From: Eledone cirrhosa
Taxonomy: Eukaryota
Length of the DNA: 41,352 bases
Direction of reading: 5' to 3'
Assembly: GCA_964016885.1 (NCBI GenBank)
Contig: CAXHJY010000405.1
Span: 1-41,352 of the forward strand
The notes under the pieces were generated by a model. The model made no database searches. It saw nothing but the letters and a program-made list of their open reading frames with translations, and was not told the DNA's origin. The position numbers and the translations under genes are program-made. This document shows, one piece after another, positions 12,727 to 28,205 of this stretch (the first letter of the stretch is position 1; every line of letters begins with the position of its first letter).

Positions 12727-12977
12727 AATATTAAATAAATGGAAAACTATATTTATAAAACCATATTTATTGTCATTATATATATTTCGGGGATATCATA
12801 TTAACAATATGCTATGCCTTCATCAGACATATATATAATGAAATAAATATGGTTTTATAAATATAGTTTTCCATTTATTTAATATTGTAAATATACTCCA
12901 AATATTTGTCGAGTGCTTTTATATCAGTTATAAATATTTACTAGTTGTAACCCAACAATTTTAAATATAACTTTACA
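12727..12977. mobile_element. Penelope-like fold-back remnant with a minus-strand hammerhead motif
   Basis: Arms 12727-12786 / 12829-12886. The spacer read on the minus strand is CTGATGA-AGGCATAGCATATT-GTT-AATATGATATCCCC-GAAA-TATATA. A ~90-bp tail carries TCGAGTGC (12909). TA flanks. Confidence 0.75.
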
Positions 12978-13024
12978 TATATATAATATAAATATATATG
13001 TATATAAATATATACATATATCCA

Positions 13025-13093
13025 AGGGCGGTGCCCTAGCATGGCCTCAGTGGGATGGCATGTAACAGGTAAAAGTGTAAAAGAGTAAAATAG

Positions 13094-13097
<4 letters not shown>
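13025..13097 (+). mobile_element. isolated SINE/LINE 3' tail fragment
   Basis: GGGCGGTGCCCTAGCATGGCC... ending in GTAAAAGTGTAAAAGAGTAAAATAGTA short tandem repeats; resembles 16601-16665. Confidence 0.55.
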
Positions 13098-13134
<37 letters not shown>

Positions 13135-13873
13135 GGAGACAATAAGCAGGTACAAAAATGTATTATTAGTTTCACACTTTATATTGGAAAGAGGAAGGGA
13201 ATATTATATATATATATAATTATATACACACGCATATTTGTATGAGTATGTATACAAATAATTATTACATATGTGTCTGTACCTGCATATATACATATAT
13301 ATGCACATATATATATATATGTCTATGTGTATATGTATACACGTTTATCTGTGGAGTGTGTGTGTATATGTGACTGTATACACGTTTATTATGTGGGCGA
13401 GTGTGTATATACGTGACTGTGTGTATGTGTGTCGGTATACACGTTTATCTGTAGGTGTGTGTGTATATATGTGTCTTTGGAAAGAGTTATCGATACAGTT
13501 TAAAGAGAAAGGTGAGGTAACAATCAATAGAAATTCAGCTTGTGAAATAAATCTATAACGTACTATAAGTAGACGTATTGATACGTACATAGGTTTGAAT
13601 ATGGATATATTCGATCGGATAGAAACAAATATATAATATAATAGAGATCGATTAAAATATTCTATGTTTATCTTCGATTAGCGGAATTAAAAGGAAGCAG
13701 AATGTAGCAGTAAATTAATAGTTTTCGTACTGTTATTAATTTTTACCATCTATCTATATTTCTATAATGTTTTCGGATTTACATTTCAGCCTCCGGTATG
13801 TGTCGCTTACTTTTTGTTACCTGGCGTATTCGGATAGTAGAGGTTTTTGGTTTTTGTTGTTGTAGAAATCAAT

Positions 13874-15770
<1,897 letters not shown>

Positions 15771-16039
15771 GTATGTGTGTATTGAATTAAGCTACACAGG
15801 CACGTTACAAAACACCGTAATGCATTGTTTGTGTACTCGTTACTACACGAGTTTTACTATATTGAAATATTTCTTTGAGAAATGGAATGCCAAACATTTA
15901 ATCGAAATCGTGGAAATGTGGATGATGGTAACAGCATACATGCAATTCTTTGCTAGTTTTATTAGCATACATATACCTAAATAACTATGTATATGTGTAT
16001 ATATATATGTGTATATTTATATATATATATATATGTGTA

Positions 16040-16097
<58 letters not shown>

Positions 16098-16140
16098 ATA
16101 AGAAACCGAGAATCATTGGTGCGACGAATTAAAATTTATT

Positions 16141-16239
16141 CGACATATTACAATCGTTTCTCTAGCGACCAGCTGGAGGCACGATCGATACAATGATGGA
16201 ACCTGACTCTGAAATCGCAAGATCCTCAGCTATTTTTCG
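16141..16239 (-). ncRNA. hammerhead motif with long stem II, in a Penelope-like remnant (about 16095-16290)
   Basis: Minus strand CTGAGGA-TCTTGCGA...TCGCTAGA-GAAA-CGATTG-TA-ATATGTCG-AATAAA. The base of stem II has 7 of 8 pairs; stem I is partly decayed. Confidence 0.6.
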
Positions 16240-16510
16240 ATTCTTCGAAGCAGAGTTTCCAAATGTGCAGTTGCACCCGCCGCCTTCACTATATATAGAT
16301 ACGTGCGTGTGTGTGTGACAAAAATATACGTATATGTTCATATAATATGGATATGTGTGTGTGTATATATATATATGGGGAGGGGGTAGGCTTGTGTGTG
16401 AATGTGACTGTGTTTGTGTGTGTTTGGAAAAGATAGGTAACATAAGCAAAACATTTGACAAATTAAAAAAAAATCTGTAATATTGGTGACGTTATTATCA
16501 ACTAAATCAA

Positions 16511-16683
16511 GATTGTGCTCCAGTTTGAATACGTACCAATCACCGAAATACATTAAAATTAGAAGAATAAAAGACTAACTCATTAGGATAATTATAATAA
16601 GGTTGTGCTCCAGAATGGCCACGTACCAATCACTAAAGCCCATTAAAATTAGAAGAATAAAAGACTAACTCACAATTAGGATC
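16511..16683 (+). repeat. ~90-bp tandem duplication of a SINE-tail-like unit
   Basis: TTGTGCTCCAG...ACGTACCAATCAC...CATTAAAATTAGAAGAATAAAAGACTAACTCA occurs twice. Confidence 0.85.
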
Positions 16684-17251
16684 ATTAAAAGATAATTGTA
16701 ACTCCTAATCATGATAGAAATAGTAAATTTATTGATTGTAACCAATGGAAAAAATATAATAATTAGGAATGATTCACTACAAATCTGTATTTAGCTATGG
16801 CGAATTATTTACATTGCAAATTCGTGTATAATGAACTTCATATTTGAATAAACGGTTAAAAGCCCATCACTAAAACATATGCTGAAAACGTTTATAAAAT
16901 CATCATTTAAATTGTGACAAAGAAATATTTTCCTCATTTTAAATAGTGAAGATTACAATGTGAAATTTAATGCCGTTTCTTAATGACCCTTGGTAATTCA
17001 TATTAATTGAATTATGTACAATACCCAGGCTTAATTCCTGCCAAGAATGCATTAATTCCAACGGCGCTGTCATCAACTGGAATTTTAGATTTATGAAACA
17101 CAGCACAGCACGTTTTTATTGGTGTATGTTTGACCATTGAACTGTCAATCATGAACTGGTCTTGAAGTTATCGACTCTCAACTCCCCAAAATATTGTCCT
17201 TAGGTACTAATTTCAGACGTACTGGTCTACCTACCTACCTACCTATCTATC

Positions 17252-17296
<45 letters not shown>

Positions 17297-17332
17297 GCTC
17301 TCTCTCTATACACACAAATACTTACAGACACA

Positions 17333-17371
<39 letters not shown>

Positions 17372-17417
17372 GGGTCTGTTTATGTATACATGGGCATAGA
17401 AAAAAAAAATATGTAGA

Positions 17418-17659
17418 TGTTATATTTAATTTGTTGGGATACAACAAGCAAAATATTTTTATAACTGATATAAAGGACAGGAGATTTCAACCAGAATGGT
17501 TGCATTTTTTAAGGGTATGTCAATATTTATTTATAAAACTAACATATATTATATTTTATCTGATGAAAGCGCACCATAGTTTACCTTGGTGGCCCTTAAA
17601 ATTTGTATAATGAAATAAATATGGTTTTATAAATATAGTTTCCATTTGTTAATATATTG

Positions 17660-17660
<1 letters not shown>
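17418..17660. mobile_element. relative of the 12727 Penelope-like element, rearranged
   Basis: 17418-17475 matches the reverse complement of the 12915-12972 tail. A decayed CTGATGA lies at 17560, followed by TATAATGAAATAAATATGGTTTTATAAATATAGTTT, identical to 12834-12869. Confidence 0.7.
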
Positions 17661-17705
<45 letters not shown>

Positions 17706-17771
17706 AGGATGATTTAATTGACTTTCCCCAAATTGTAGGCCTGGTGACTATATCAGAAACCATTATAGGCC

Positions 17772-17980
17772 TGGTAGGGTGGGGGATTGGCAGAGTAGTT
17801 AGATCGATGTGTAAGGGTTTAGAAGTATTTGTTCAGGTTCCTTACTGAGTTTCAATTTCACCCAGGTAAAAAGGCCTTTGATCCCTCCAAAATCCTTAGA
17901 ATAAAGTAACTGTAATGTGCTAGGGTCGTTATAACCACCCCCGTCGCCAAATGCTGGCCCTGTACCTTAATTAGAAACCA
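17772..17980 (+). mobile_element. old, degenerate family A-related SINE
   Basis: GATTGGCAGAGTAG...CTGAGTTTCAATT...GCCTTTGATCC...AATAAAGTAACTGTAATG...GCTGGCCCTGTACC..TTAGAAAC occur in consensus order. Confidence 0.6.
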
Positions 17981-18504
17981 GTATAGACCTGATCAATAAA
18001 GTTTAAAGTGCTGTTATATGACAAAATGACAAAAACAAGTGAACAACAGATAAATTACTCTGTTAGTGTTTAAGCAAACTGCTTCCTGAATAGAATTATT
18101 CGATTTCCTTGACAACTTCAAAAATTAGATTTTATCGAAACTCTGGATAAACACGGTATGCTATTTTCATTTCAAATTCAAGTATCGCAAATTTATGTAA
18201 AAATATTAAATAGCCAGAGGGAATCGATCAAATGTGTTGAATACATTTGAATATATCAATTTAAAAACTTGACTAATGGCTTCGAGTAGGTTTTCGCAAG
18301 GCATGCTCACTAGTTGCGATACATTAACACCTCAATATCCAGATTATAAGCCAGAGTTTGGTCTAAAATATGTGAATATGTCGTAGCGTTGGCTGTGCCA
18401 CAGGAAATCAACCTAGAATGGTATCATTGAATAAAATAGCTAATAATCTTGTTACGGAGCTCATATTGTGTTTAATCTTTTAGGGGGAAGTATGTCACTA
18501 AAGA

Positions 18505-19100
18505 TACCACACCTTACCATATCACACCACACCACACCTTACAACACCCCACCACATCCCGCCTTACCACACCACATCTTAACACACCACACCACACCAC
18601 ACCTTAACACACCACACCACATCCTCCCTTTTAAACTACACTACCGTCAAAACAACAATAGATAAAATACAACCGTCACCTAGATCATTTCAGCAAACAT
18701 CATATCAATAATTATTTTAAGGTCTTTATAGTATTCACCCTGCCACACCACACCACATCCTCTATCTTCACTACACCACATCATACTCTTAATTTTCACT
18801 ACACTACCACCAGAACAATAAAAGAGAAAATAAAAACGACCGCCTAGTTTATCACAACAAATACCATAGAGATATCTAGATTAAGCTGTCAGTATACATT
18901 ACACCTGACCACGCCACACCACACCAGACCACGCCACACCACACCACACTACGCTCTATATTTTCACTACACTACCATCAAAAGAGCAGGAGATAAAAGA
19001 CAAACGACCTCTAGTTCATCTCAACAAACACCATAGTGATATCTATCTCAAGCTCTCTGCAGTATACATTACACCATCTATACTATATTCACTACACTAG
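18505..19100. repeat. CACCA-rich tandem repeat, about three 140-190-bp units
   Basis: Recurring CACACCACA..CACTACACTACC..AAAA..CTAG(A/T)TCATC block near 18610, 18750 and 18935. Confidence 0.75.
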
Positions 19101-19229
19101 ACTACTAATAAACTCAGCAAATATTGAGACATTAAGGACGAATATTAGGGGATTCCAATAACCACCGCAAAGATACTTATCATAAAGACACTCAAAGCAG
19201 ACACCACACGACCTATCTTCACTTCAATA

Positions 19230-19830
19230 TAAACGACAACCACAACTGAAGCAACAGCAACAACAGAAACATGGACAAGAGCAACAACAACAGCAACAAC
19301 AACAGTAACAACAACAACACCAGTAACAATGACAACAATAACAACAACAGCAACCATAACAACAAGAACAGCAACAACAACGACAACATTTATCAAAACT
19401 CTTTCTATAGTCTACAACACACAACGTATATTCACTTCAATATCAACGATAACAACACCAACAACAACAACCACAGTAACAACAACGACGACAACGACAA
19501 CAGCCACAACAACAGCAACAACATTATCATAAACCACGAGGGCGGTGAATTGGCAGTATCGGTAGAGGGTTGGACGCCATGCTTTCTAGCATAGTTACGT
19601 CCCTTTACAGTCTGAGTTCAAATCCCGCCGAGATTAACTTTGCCTTTCATCCTTACGGGGAGATAAAATAAAGTACCAGTAATGTACTGGGTAATTGCTG
19701 GCCTTGTGCCAAAAGTAGAAACAATTATCCTAAACCACCACAACCTATATCCACTTCCATATCAACGTCAACAACGACAACAACAGCAACGACAACAACA
19801 GCAAAGACAAAATCATCAACAACACGACGA
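19230..19830. repeat. degenerate (AAC)n tract interrupted by a SINE
   Basis: Read directly; explains the poly-N/T/Q/V/C ORFs. Confidence 0.9.
19538..19726 (+). mobile_element. SINE family A copy with 15-bp target-site duplication
   Basis: ATTATCATAAACCAC (19523-19537) and ATTATCCTAAACCAC (19724-19738), one mismatch. Confidence 0.92.
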
Positions 19831-20195
19831 TCATTTCAAATACAAATTGCAACATCAACCAAAACGACGCCATCCAAATTCTCTCCTTTACAATGAAAGT
19901 ATCTTCAGCCTTTCTGCTTTTGTCCACTTTGCTCGCACGTTCTCCTACTCCAGAATTTTTCGGTTTGTAAATAAAATATTTGATTCTCCCCTTTTGTTAT
20001 CAGCTTAGCTGGCAATGATGGCGAGCGAGTCAACTTAATTAGTGTGAACAAGTTGACTTTTAGTACTAAATAGTCAAAGTAAAAGCGTAAAGACTGATCA
20101 ATCAGTGGATAAGAGAAAAAGAGTGACATTCGATTTAGATCTTATTTACTGAGTGGCCTACACATACACACACATGAAGACACACACACACGTAA

Positions 20196-20273
<78 letters not shown>

Positions 20274-20390
20274 ATGCTCACGCACGCACATAAATATACA
20301 CATACACATACACACATGTATATATGTATATGCTGCTTTAAGAATAACAAAAGAGCTACAGTCACGTTGTGTTGTAATGAAACCAAAGAT

Positions 20391-20436
<46 letters not shown>

Positions 20437-22214
20437 ATATATATACACATATTTATATATATATTATATATATACATATGTATATATATATATATTTATA
20501 CAAACATAAACACACACACACATATATATGTATATATACAAACATAAATACATATATATATATATATGTATGTATTTATATATATATATATATATATATA
20601 TAAACATAAATATATATATACACATTTATATGTATGTATGTATAAAAACATATATATATATATATATACTGACTAACTTACAGATACCGTATGTCTTCTC
20701 AAATGTGTACATTTGTGGGATGATAAATAGACATAGATAGAAGAGGGAGAGAGAGTGAGAGAACATGAAAGAAATACATCAACTGAGAAATAGATAGATC
20801 GATGCATAGATAAGTAGATATAGATCGATATATATATGTATATAGTTACATATATCGTTGTACACTTAAACGAAACGATACATACACAAGGTTGGCCTAA
20901 AGGAAAACTGAATAGATAATAAATCCGACTATATGTGGGAGCAAATTAACTGTTTGCTGGTGGAATGGATACGGTTTGTTTGTCGATGCGGAGCGAATTT
21001 CTGGTTTAGTGATGAGGTCGAGCTCACCACCACGACAACAACTATAACTACAACAACCGAAACATAGACTGCAACAGAAACAACAGTAAGAGGGAAATGT
21101 AACAGTCGATGCAGACGACATAGGTAACTATCAAGTACAGGTTTGGAAAATATGGTAGATGATGAAATATATAGTATAGGCTGTCAACATCATGAAATAT
21201 AATAATTCATTTCATTCACATGATACATATATGTATTATTGAAACTCAGTCGAAGGAAATCCATTATTTTCACTCATCTACAAAGTTGCCATATTAGAGT
21301 AGAGGCGGGAGTCGTTGAAGCTTTCCTTCAAACTCTAATAATCAATGAGAGTAGGAGAAGTTATAGGTTTACAACAACTTAATAATCGTCATGTGATGTA
21401 ACATCTCCAGTAGATAACCTAATTCAAATGCCAATTTTAAACTATTCTCCTGTTATAAACGAACACAACAGTTTTCGTGTTGTTTAATGGCTCATCGCTA
21501 ATGGTGCGTTGTATAGGATTTTGTCAGTTCTCGAAGCAAAAATAAATATATAAATAACTATCCAAGTAAATAAAATACAATAAAAATAGGTAATAGAATT
21601 CCTCTCAACATCCCAATTTTCCTAAGTGATTTTTCAACATATTTCTATACCTAAAATTATATGGTTTCGTTGCGATATAAGACATGCTTTAAGTGAAATA
21701 TAATGCTCAGAATAATCGTGTGGTTTACACAGGTTTGACTCTATCCATGTGTGTATATATCGCGAATAACATTGGATGTGTATATTTGCAACGCAATATT
21801 TCATCTAAAAAATTACACAATAGTGTTATATCTAATATACAAACATGTACAATATCATAATCGGTTTTTCATTCGCTGTCTTCTGCATAAATATTTATCA
21901 TTTCATTAATCAGGTTGCCAAAAGTATGAATGCATGGTATGCATATTTGGCTGGTTCTTTTTAGATATCTTTTACACAATTTCTCTTTGGCATATATAGT
22001 GATGCTTTAAATATTGCTTTTCCGACAGAACCATAACTGTAGGCAATAATCTCTGAAAGTATACTTCTCTGTGTGTAGTGAGGTACTTTTGCAACGTGTT
22101 TACTTTTCATAGTTTCACAATAATGCTTCACAACGTTACTTTCTAATTAGGAGACATAAGCTAGTAACGAAAACACTACAAACTGCAATTGACCGAAACG
22201 ATATGGATTAACTA

Positions 22215-22514
22215 TTACACACACATAATATGAAACAGATCTGGGGGAATATTCCTTAGACATCCCAGTAAATTTGCTCCGAACGAACTACCCGTGTCCG
22301 AAGGAACCTGCAGCCGTAGAATCAGCCAGATCCATACAGTGATCATGTCTCGAGCTACCCGCCGGCGAAACAATTGTAACACGCAATAAACTGAGTCCAG
22401 ATACATCACTGATGTTTCGTTTTTTTATACTATCCATACTCTGCTCTGTATGAATATTGAGTGCTAATTTTGGAATACCGCCTATGGAAGCATCATAGCT
22501 ACCATTATACAAAC
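22215..22514 (+). mobile_element. Penelope-like 3' end with decayed long-stem-II hammerhead
   Basis: Stem I CGTGT/ACACG (22293/22379); core CCGAAGG (2 substitutions); GAAA-CAATTG-TA; then AATAAA and TTGAGTGC (22457). The upstream frameshifted NMK/DLGEYSL weakly resembles the NRDxG end of Penelope GIY-YIG ORFs. Confidence 0.55.
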
Positions 22515-22542
<28 letters not shown>

Positions 22543-22550
<8 letters not shown>

Positions 22551-22730
22551 GAGCTTCTACATGACTAGATCTGTTTCATTCGTGAGAAATCACCAGGGAG
22601 CTCGCTGATGAGTTCTCACGAATGAAACAATTCTAGTCATGTAGAAGCTCTTCTATATTAAAACTGTTATGCTCTGCAATGTATTGAGTACCTTACTTAT
22701 TGCGGTTCCCTCCGATTCAACCCGGAATAA

Positions 22731-22732
<2 letters not shown>
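22543..22732 (+). mobile_element. Penelope-like fold-back remnant with hammerhead motif
   Basis: Inverted repeat 22543-22658 centred on GAGCTC; CTGATGA-GTTC-TCAC-GAAT-GAAA at 22605-22627; ~75-bp tail with TTGAGTAC (22684); (TA)n on both sides. Confidence 0.78.
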
Positions 22733-22778
<46 letters not shown>

Positions 22779-23144
22779 AGAAATACACATGCATGAATTA
22801 AAGCGGATACACATACACACCCACACACAATCATACACGATCACACACAAGCCCATGTACATTTATATAAGTACAGCAATGTTACCTATAGTTGTATGTG
22901 TGGCATCACGCGATTTCTTTCCAGTGAAAACAATTAACGGAAGTGTCTCTGTCCTATACGTGTTTACTCTGAAGATAATATTAGTTACACAGGAAACGAT
23001 TCGCCAGACACCATTCATTAAACTCACAGCATACGATGTGATAAAATTTCTCTAATTTCCATAATTACTTAATAAATTATACACACACACACATAGATAT
23101 ATATATAAACATATACACAGACGTAAACACATACACGCACGCCG

Positions 23145-23204
<60 letters not shown>

Positions 23205-23425
23205 AATATATACACACACACAGACACACACATACACATATATATATATATATATATATATATGTTTGTGTGTGTGTCTTTTTTATTTATATAGAATAAA
23301 GAAATTGTAATTCACAATGGATATAAAAAAACGCAAGATTTCAAGTAGGTATATGTAAATATTTAGCTATATATATATGTACAACTACACAGAAACACAT
23401 GTCATACACACACACACACACACAT

Positions 23426-23456
<31 letters not shown>

Positions 23457-23743
23457 CATTAGTATCCCGTAAAGGACTCTGGCGTAGTTTGTTTGATGCC
23501 TTGCACCAACAATCTCTAAATCCCGTGTCTAGCATATTAACATAACTGTGTATCAAATCGACATTATTAATCTCTAGCAATGGACAATTTCATTCTATTA
23601 AACTATTAATATAAATACTGGAAGGTATCATAAAAATATCCATCGTTTCCTGCAATTATAATGGAATTGTTTCAGCTTCCATTGAATACATCCAATAGTT
23701 TTGGTTTATATGCAATATTTCGTCATTATTAATTGTTAATTTA

Positions 23744-23940
23744 GGCAGTGGTTTCGCAGTGTTGGCAGAGGTTCGGACGCCATGCTTTACAACCTAACCT
23801 AGAGTTAGGCCCCTTTACGTTCTGAGTTCAAATCCCACTGGGGTTAACTTTGCCTTTCATCCTTACGAGGTCGATAAAATAATGTACCTGTAATACAGTG
23901 GTATAATTGCTGGCCTTGTGCCAAAAAGTAGAAACAATTA
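23744..23940 (+). mobile_element. SINE family A copy (first of a tandem pair)
   Basis: Consensus motifs including GAGTTCAAATCC and CTTTGCCTTTCATCCTTACGAGGTCGATAAAAT. Confidence 0.9.
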
Positions 23941-23955
23941 TTAATTATTAATTTA

Positions 23956-24144
23956 GGCAGTAGTTTGGCCGTATCGGTAGAGGCTGGGACACCATGCTTT
24001 GCAGCATAGTTAGACCCCTTTACGTTCTGAGTTAAAATACAGCTGAGGTTAACTTTGCCATTCATCCTTACGAGGTTGATAAAATAAAGTACCTGTAATA
24101 CACTGCGATAATTGCTGGCCTTGTCCCAAAAGCAGAAACAATTA
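23956..24144 (+). mobile_element. SINE family A copy (second of a tandem pair)
   Basis: Same motifs, offset by 212 bp. Confidence 0.9.
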
Positions 24145-24309
24145 CTAATTAGAAAAGCTTGAACGAAACTAAATGTAAATAGTTTTTCGTTTATCGAAAT
24201 ATGTTAAACAATTATCTCACACAGTACGTCCAATATTTATAAAGAACATTATTGTATATTTATATATAAGATTATATGTTTTGTTTCTCTATTTAACACA
24301 CCCCTACCA

Positions 24310-24480
24310 CCATATCTTAGTGGTTAGAACATCAGGAGTGCAATCCGGAGGTTGTGAGTTTTATTCTCAGACCGGTTGGTGCGTTGTGCCCTTGAGCAAG
24401 ACACTATATTTCACGTTGCTCTAGTTTACTCAGCTGTAGAAATGAGATGCGTCATCACTGGTGCCAACATGCATCGGGAA
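24310..24480 (+). mobile_element. SINE family B copy
   Basis: TTAGTGGTTAG...TGTGAGTT...GCGTTGTGCCCTTGAGCAAGACACTATATTTCACGTTGCTC is shared with 6752-6872. Confidence 0.85.
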
Positions 24481-25539
24481 TTGGACGTGAAATATGTGTT
24501 TATGTATGTGTATGTAGTAGTTGGGGTGTTTGTGTCTGTATATGTGTGTGTGTAAGACAGAATGTGCATTCGCTTGAGAGAGGTCGGGAAGAACACAGGT
24601 AGTTGGTTATAGATAGCTAGATAGATAGATATTGAGAGGGAACGAAAAGAGAAGAATTGTGACTCTGAAAGTATGCTAAGTAAAATCGTTAAGATGAAGT
24701 TTATATTAGATATGACAAAAAGAGACGAAGCTCTACTGAAAGCCGTACAAATATAAAATTAGGTGAATAGCTATTTTCCTATTGACAGGGTAAGTAAGTC
24801 TACACCCATACCAATAATTCCTAAGGCGCATTATAGTGAATTTCAAACTTAAAAGGAAAGAACGTTTCAAGACGTTGCAAATTGTTTTCTGAGAAAATTG
24901 AATTTTTATGTGATGGAGGAAAATATGATTTTGGGGTATTCCGCTAAACATGAAAACTCAATTTAGTGTGAAATTAAACCTTAATTGCATGAAATATCAA
25001 CTTATATTTACGAAAAGTATACTTATATCACTGAAAAGTATCTCCAGGCGGTTGATTTCTTTCTCCACAGAAAAAGTTTATTTCAATCCATTTAGAAGGA
25101 TTATATGTGGCATTCAGTACATCGACATCTAATCTAAATTAACGGAAAAATCAAATTATGCGTGAGATTTGTAAGCCCTTGGCTTATTCTTATATAATCG
25201 AACCTGTATCTGATTTAGGCTATACGTATATGGAAGGTATTTTCATGTAACATACATTTCCTTCTAAATGTAAAAATTATATAAGCGAAGTAGATTTAGA
25301 AGTGTCTTCAAACATCAAGTAATTATCTATTATAAACCCAACATAGGGGTGAGTGTGTATATATGAATGCATATAAGAAACTGTTCAGAGTGTCAAAGCA
25401 ACGGCAACTGAAATATGTGATAATGTAAGGAGACTGATAGGATTGTCAAATCTTATAATATATGCTTATCCATACGGAAGCCAATTTATTCACATTTGTG
25501 ATTCTATCTTAAGGGTTTCTGTGTTTAATGAGATAGTAC

Positions 25540-25544
<5 letters not shown>

Positions 25545-25619
<75 letters not shown>

Positions 25620-25620
25620 G

Positions 25621-25693
<73 letters not shown>

Positions 25694-26062
25694 GTATATG
25701 TATATATATATGTATATATATATATATGTATATATATGTATATATATATGTATGTATATATATATATATGTATATATATGTATATATATATGTATATATG
25801 TATGTATATATATGTATATATGTATGTATATATATGTATATGTATGTATATATATGTATATATATGTATATATATATGTATATATATGTATATATATGTA
25901 TATATATGTATATATATGTATATATATATGTATATATATGTATATATATATGTATATATATATGTATATATATATGTATATATGTATATATATGTATATA
26001 TATGTATATATATATGTATATATATATGTATATATATGTGTATATATATGTATATATATATG

Positions 26063-26093
<31 letters not shown>

Positions 26094-26195
26094 ATATGTA
26101 TGTATGTATGTATGTATATATGTATGTATATATGTATGTATATATACATATATGTATGTATATGTATATATATATGTATGTATATGTATATATAC
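25545..26195. repeat. (TA)n array punctuated by TG (TATATG)
   Basis: Read directly from the sequence. Confidence 0.95.
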
Positions 26196-26530
26196 ATGGC
26201 TCTGAACATTGATCAGTATACACTGAGGATGAGAAACTCAGAGCTGTATGGGAGCATCCCAAAAGTCAGCTCAAAAGTGACACAGAGGAGACTGAGGTTG
26301 GCTGGACATGCACACCGACATCCAGAGTTGACATTGCACTCAGTGCCCCATTGGGAGCCCCTACATGGACACACTAGAAGAGGAAGACCAAGGTTAACAT
26401 ATGTTGATGCCCTCAGGACAGACACTGGTCTGTTGGAGATGCAGGATATGGCAGCGATAATGAAGGACAGAGACCGCTGGAGAGAACTCGTCCATGGATC
26501 TCGGGAATTGTACCCGCCTTAGATGAGAGA
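26196..26530 (+). mobile_element. 5'-truncated RTE-clade LINE (C-terminus of the RT ORF, 108 open codons)
   Basis: The translation contains [30 protein letters not shown] and MKDRDRWR, typical RTE/RTEX C-terminal motifs. Stop at 26520-26522, then a very short tail; inserted in a microsatellite. Confidence 0.88.
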
Positions 26531-26744
26531 TACATATATTTACATATAAATATAATACTTATATACATATATATATACACACATACATATATATATACAC
26601 ATATATATATATATATATATATACATATATACATATATATATACATATATACATATATCTATCTATATATATATATAATGGAAAAAAAAAAAAATATATA
26701 TATATATGGAAAGTTATATTTAAATTGTTGGGTTACAACGATGA

Positions 26745-26792
<48 letters not shown>

Positions 26793-26892
26793 TCATATAT
26801 ACATATATATATACATATATACATATATGTACATATTTACATATATATACACATATATACATATATATATATAAATATATATATATATAAAT

Positions 26893-26945
<53 letters not shown>

Positions 26946-27197
26946 AACATTTGCCAGTATATATAGAGTTCTTATATTATAGATGATACTTTACAATTGG
27001 CTGTAATATAAAATATCATTTCAAATTGACTCTTGGAAACAGATTTTACCTACTTTCAATATTAAGTGTAATTACTAGTTTTGATTCCAGCATTCTAAAC
27101 AGACCTACATTATTGAATTCATTCATGTATTCATGTTCGTATGATTATGAGTGTGCCTGAGTGTATATATATGTATGCTTGAATGCATATATGTATA

Positions 27198-27258
<61 letters not shown>

Positions 27259-27280
27259 CCACACACACACACACACACAC

Positions 27281-27316
<36 letters not shown>

Positions 27317-27461
27317 ATATATATATATACACACATATATGTATATAGTTTAAATAATAGAAAACCTGAAAAGCACAATCATATATATATATGCCTATTT
27401 CTACACAAACACGCACAGACACACACACACACACACTCAGACACACACATATATATATAAG

Positions 27462-27493
<32 letters not shown>

Positions 27494-27813
27494 TTTAATC
27501 GTAGGTCCGATGCCAAATATGTTTTCCTGCAGCTGTCTTCCTTCGTATATATTGTAGCTATCATTGTCACCATATTCCTTTATATGTAACAAAAGGAAAC
27601 ATTCCTGAGAGTAGACAGGAAATTAAAAGAACACTTCCATCAAATATTGACGTATGATTCGACTTGTCATTATCTATATAACAATCATTGTGGATGACAT
27701 GAATATCCCATATAAATATACTGTCAAACACACCTGTACATACATGTATACATACATACACAAACACACACATTATATGTATATGCATATATATATACAT
27801 ACACACAAACATG

Positions 27814-27886
<73 letters not shown>

Positions 27887-28061
27887 ATATATGTGTGTGT
27901 CTGTGTATATATACATATATATATATATATAAATTCATCGGAACTCGCTACTCAGACTTATGTTAAATTTCTATACTTTAACCTTTTTAACAAGAGGCAA
28001 GATTATCAGTCCGAAGGAGAGAGAGTATATATATATATAGAGAGAGAGACAGAGAGAGAGA

Positions 28062-28109
<48 letters not shown>

Positions 28110-28110
<1 letters not shown>

Positions 28111-28205
28111 CTGATACCCGAGTTGTGTTTGGCTATACAGAAATGACATATCTACATGGCTAAAACGCTTTCATTCGTATGAAACCATGAGGTTTAACAG
28201 ACCTC
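28110..28205 (-). mobile_element. decayed relative of the 22543 hammerhead element
   Basis: Minus strand CTCATGG-TTTCATACGAAT-GAAAGCGTTTTAGCCATGTAGA versus CTGATGA-GTTCTCACGAAT-GAAACAATTCTAGTCATGTAGA. Confidence 0.5.

Noticed and set aside
20897-21121. 74-aa Cys-rich minus-strand ORF
   Set aside because: The Cys run derives from an (AAC)-like low-complexity tract, and no domain was recognised.
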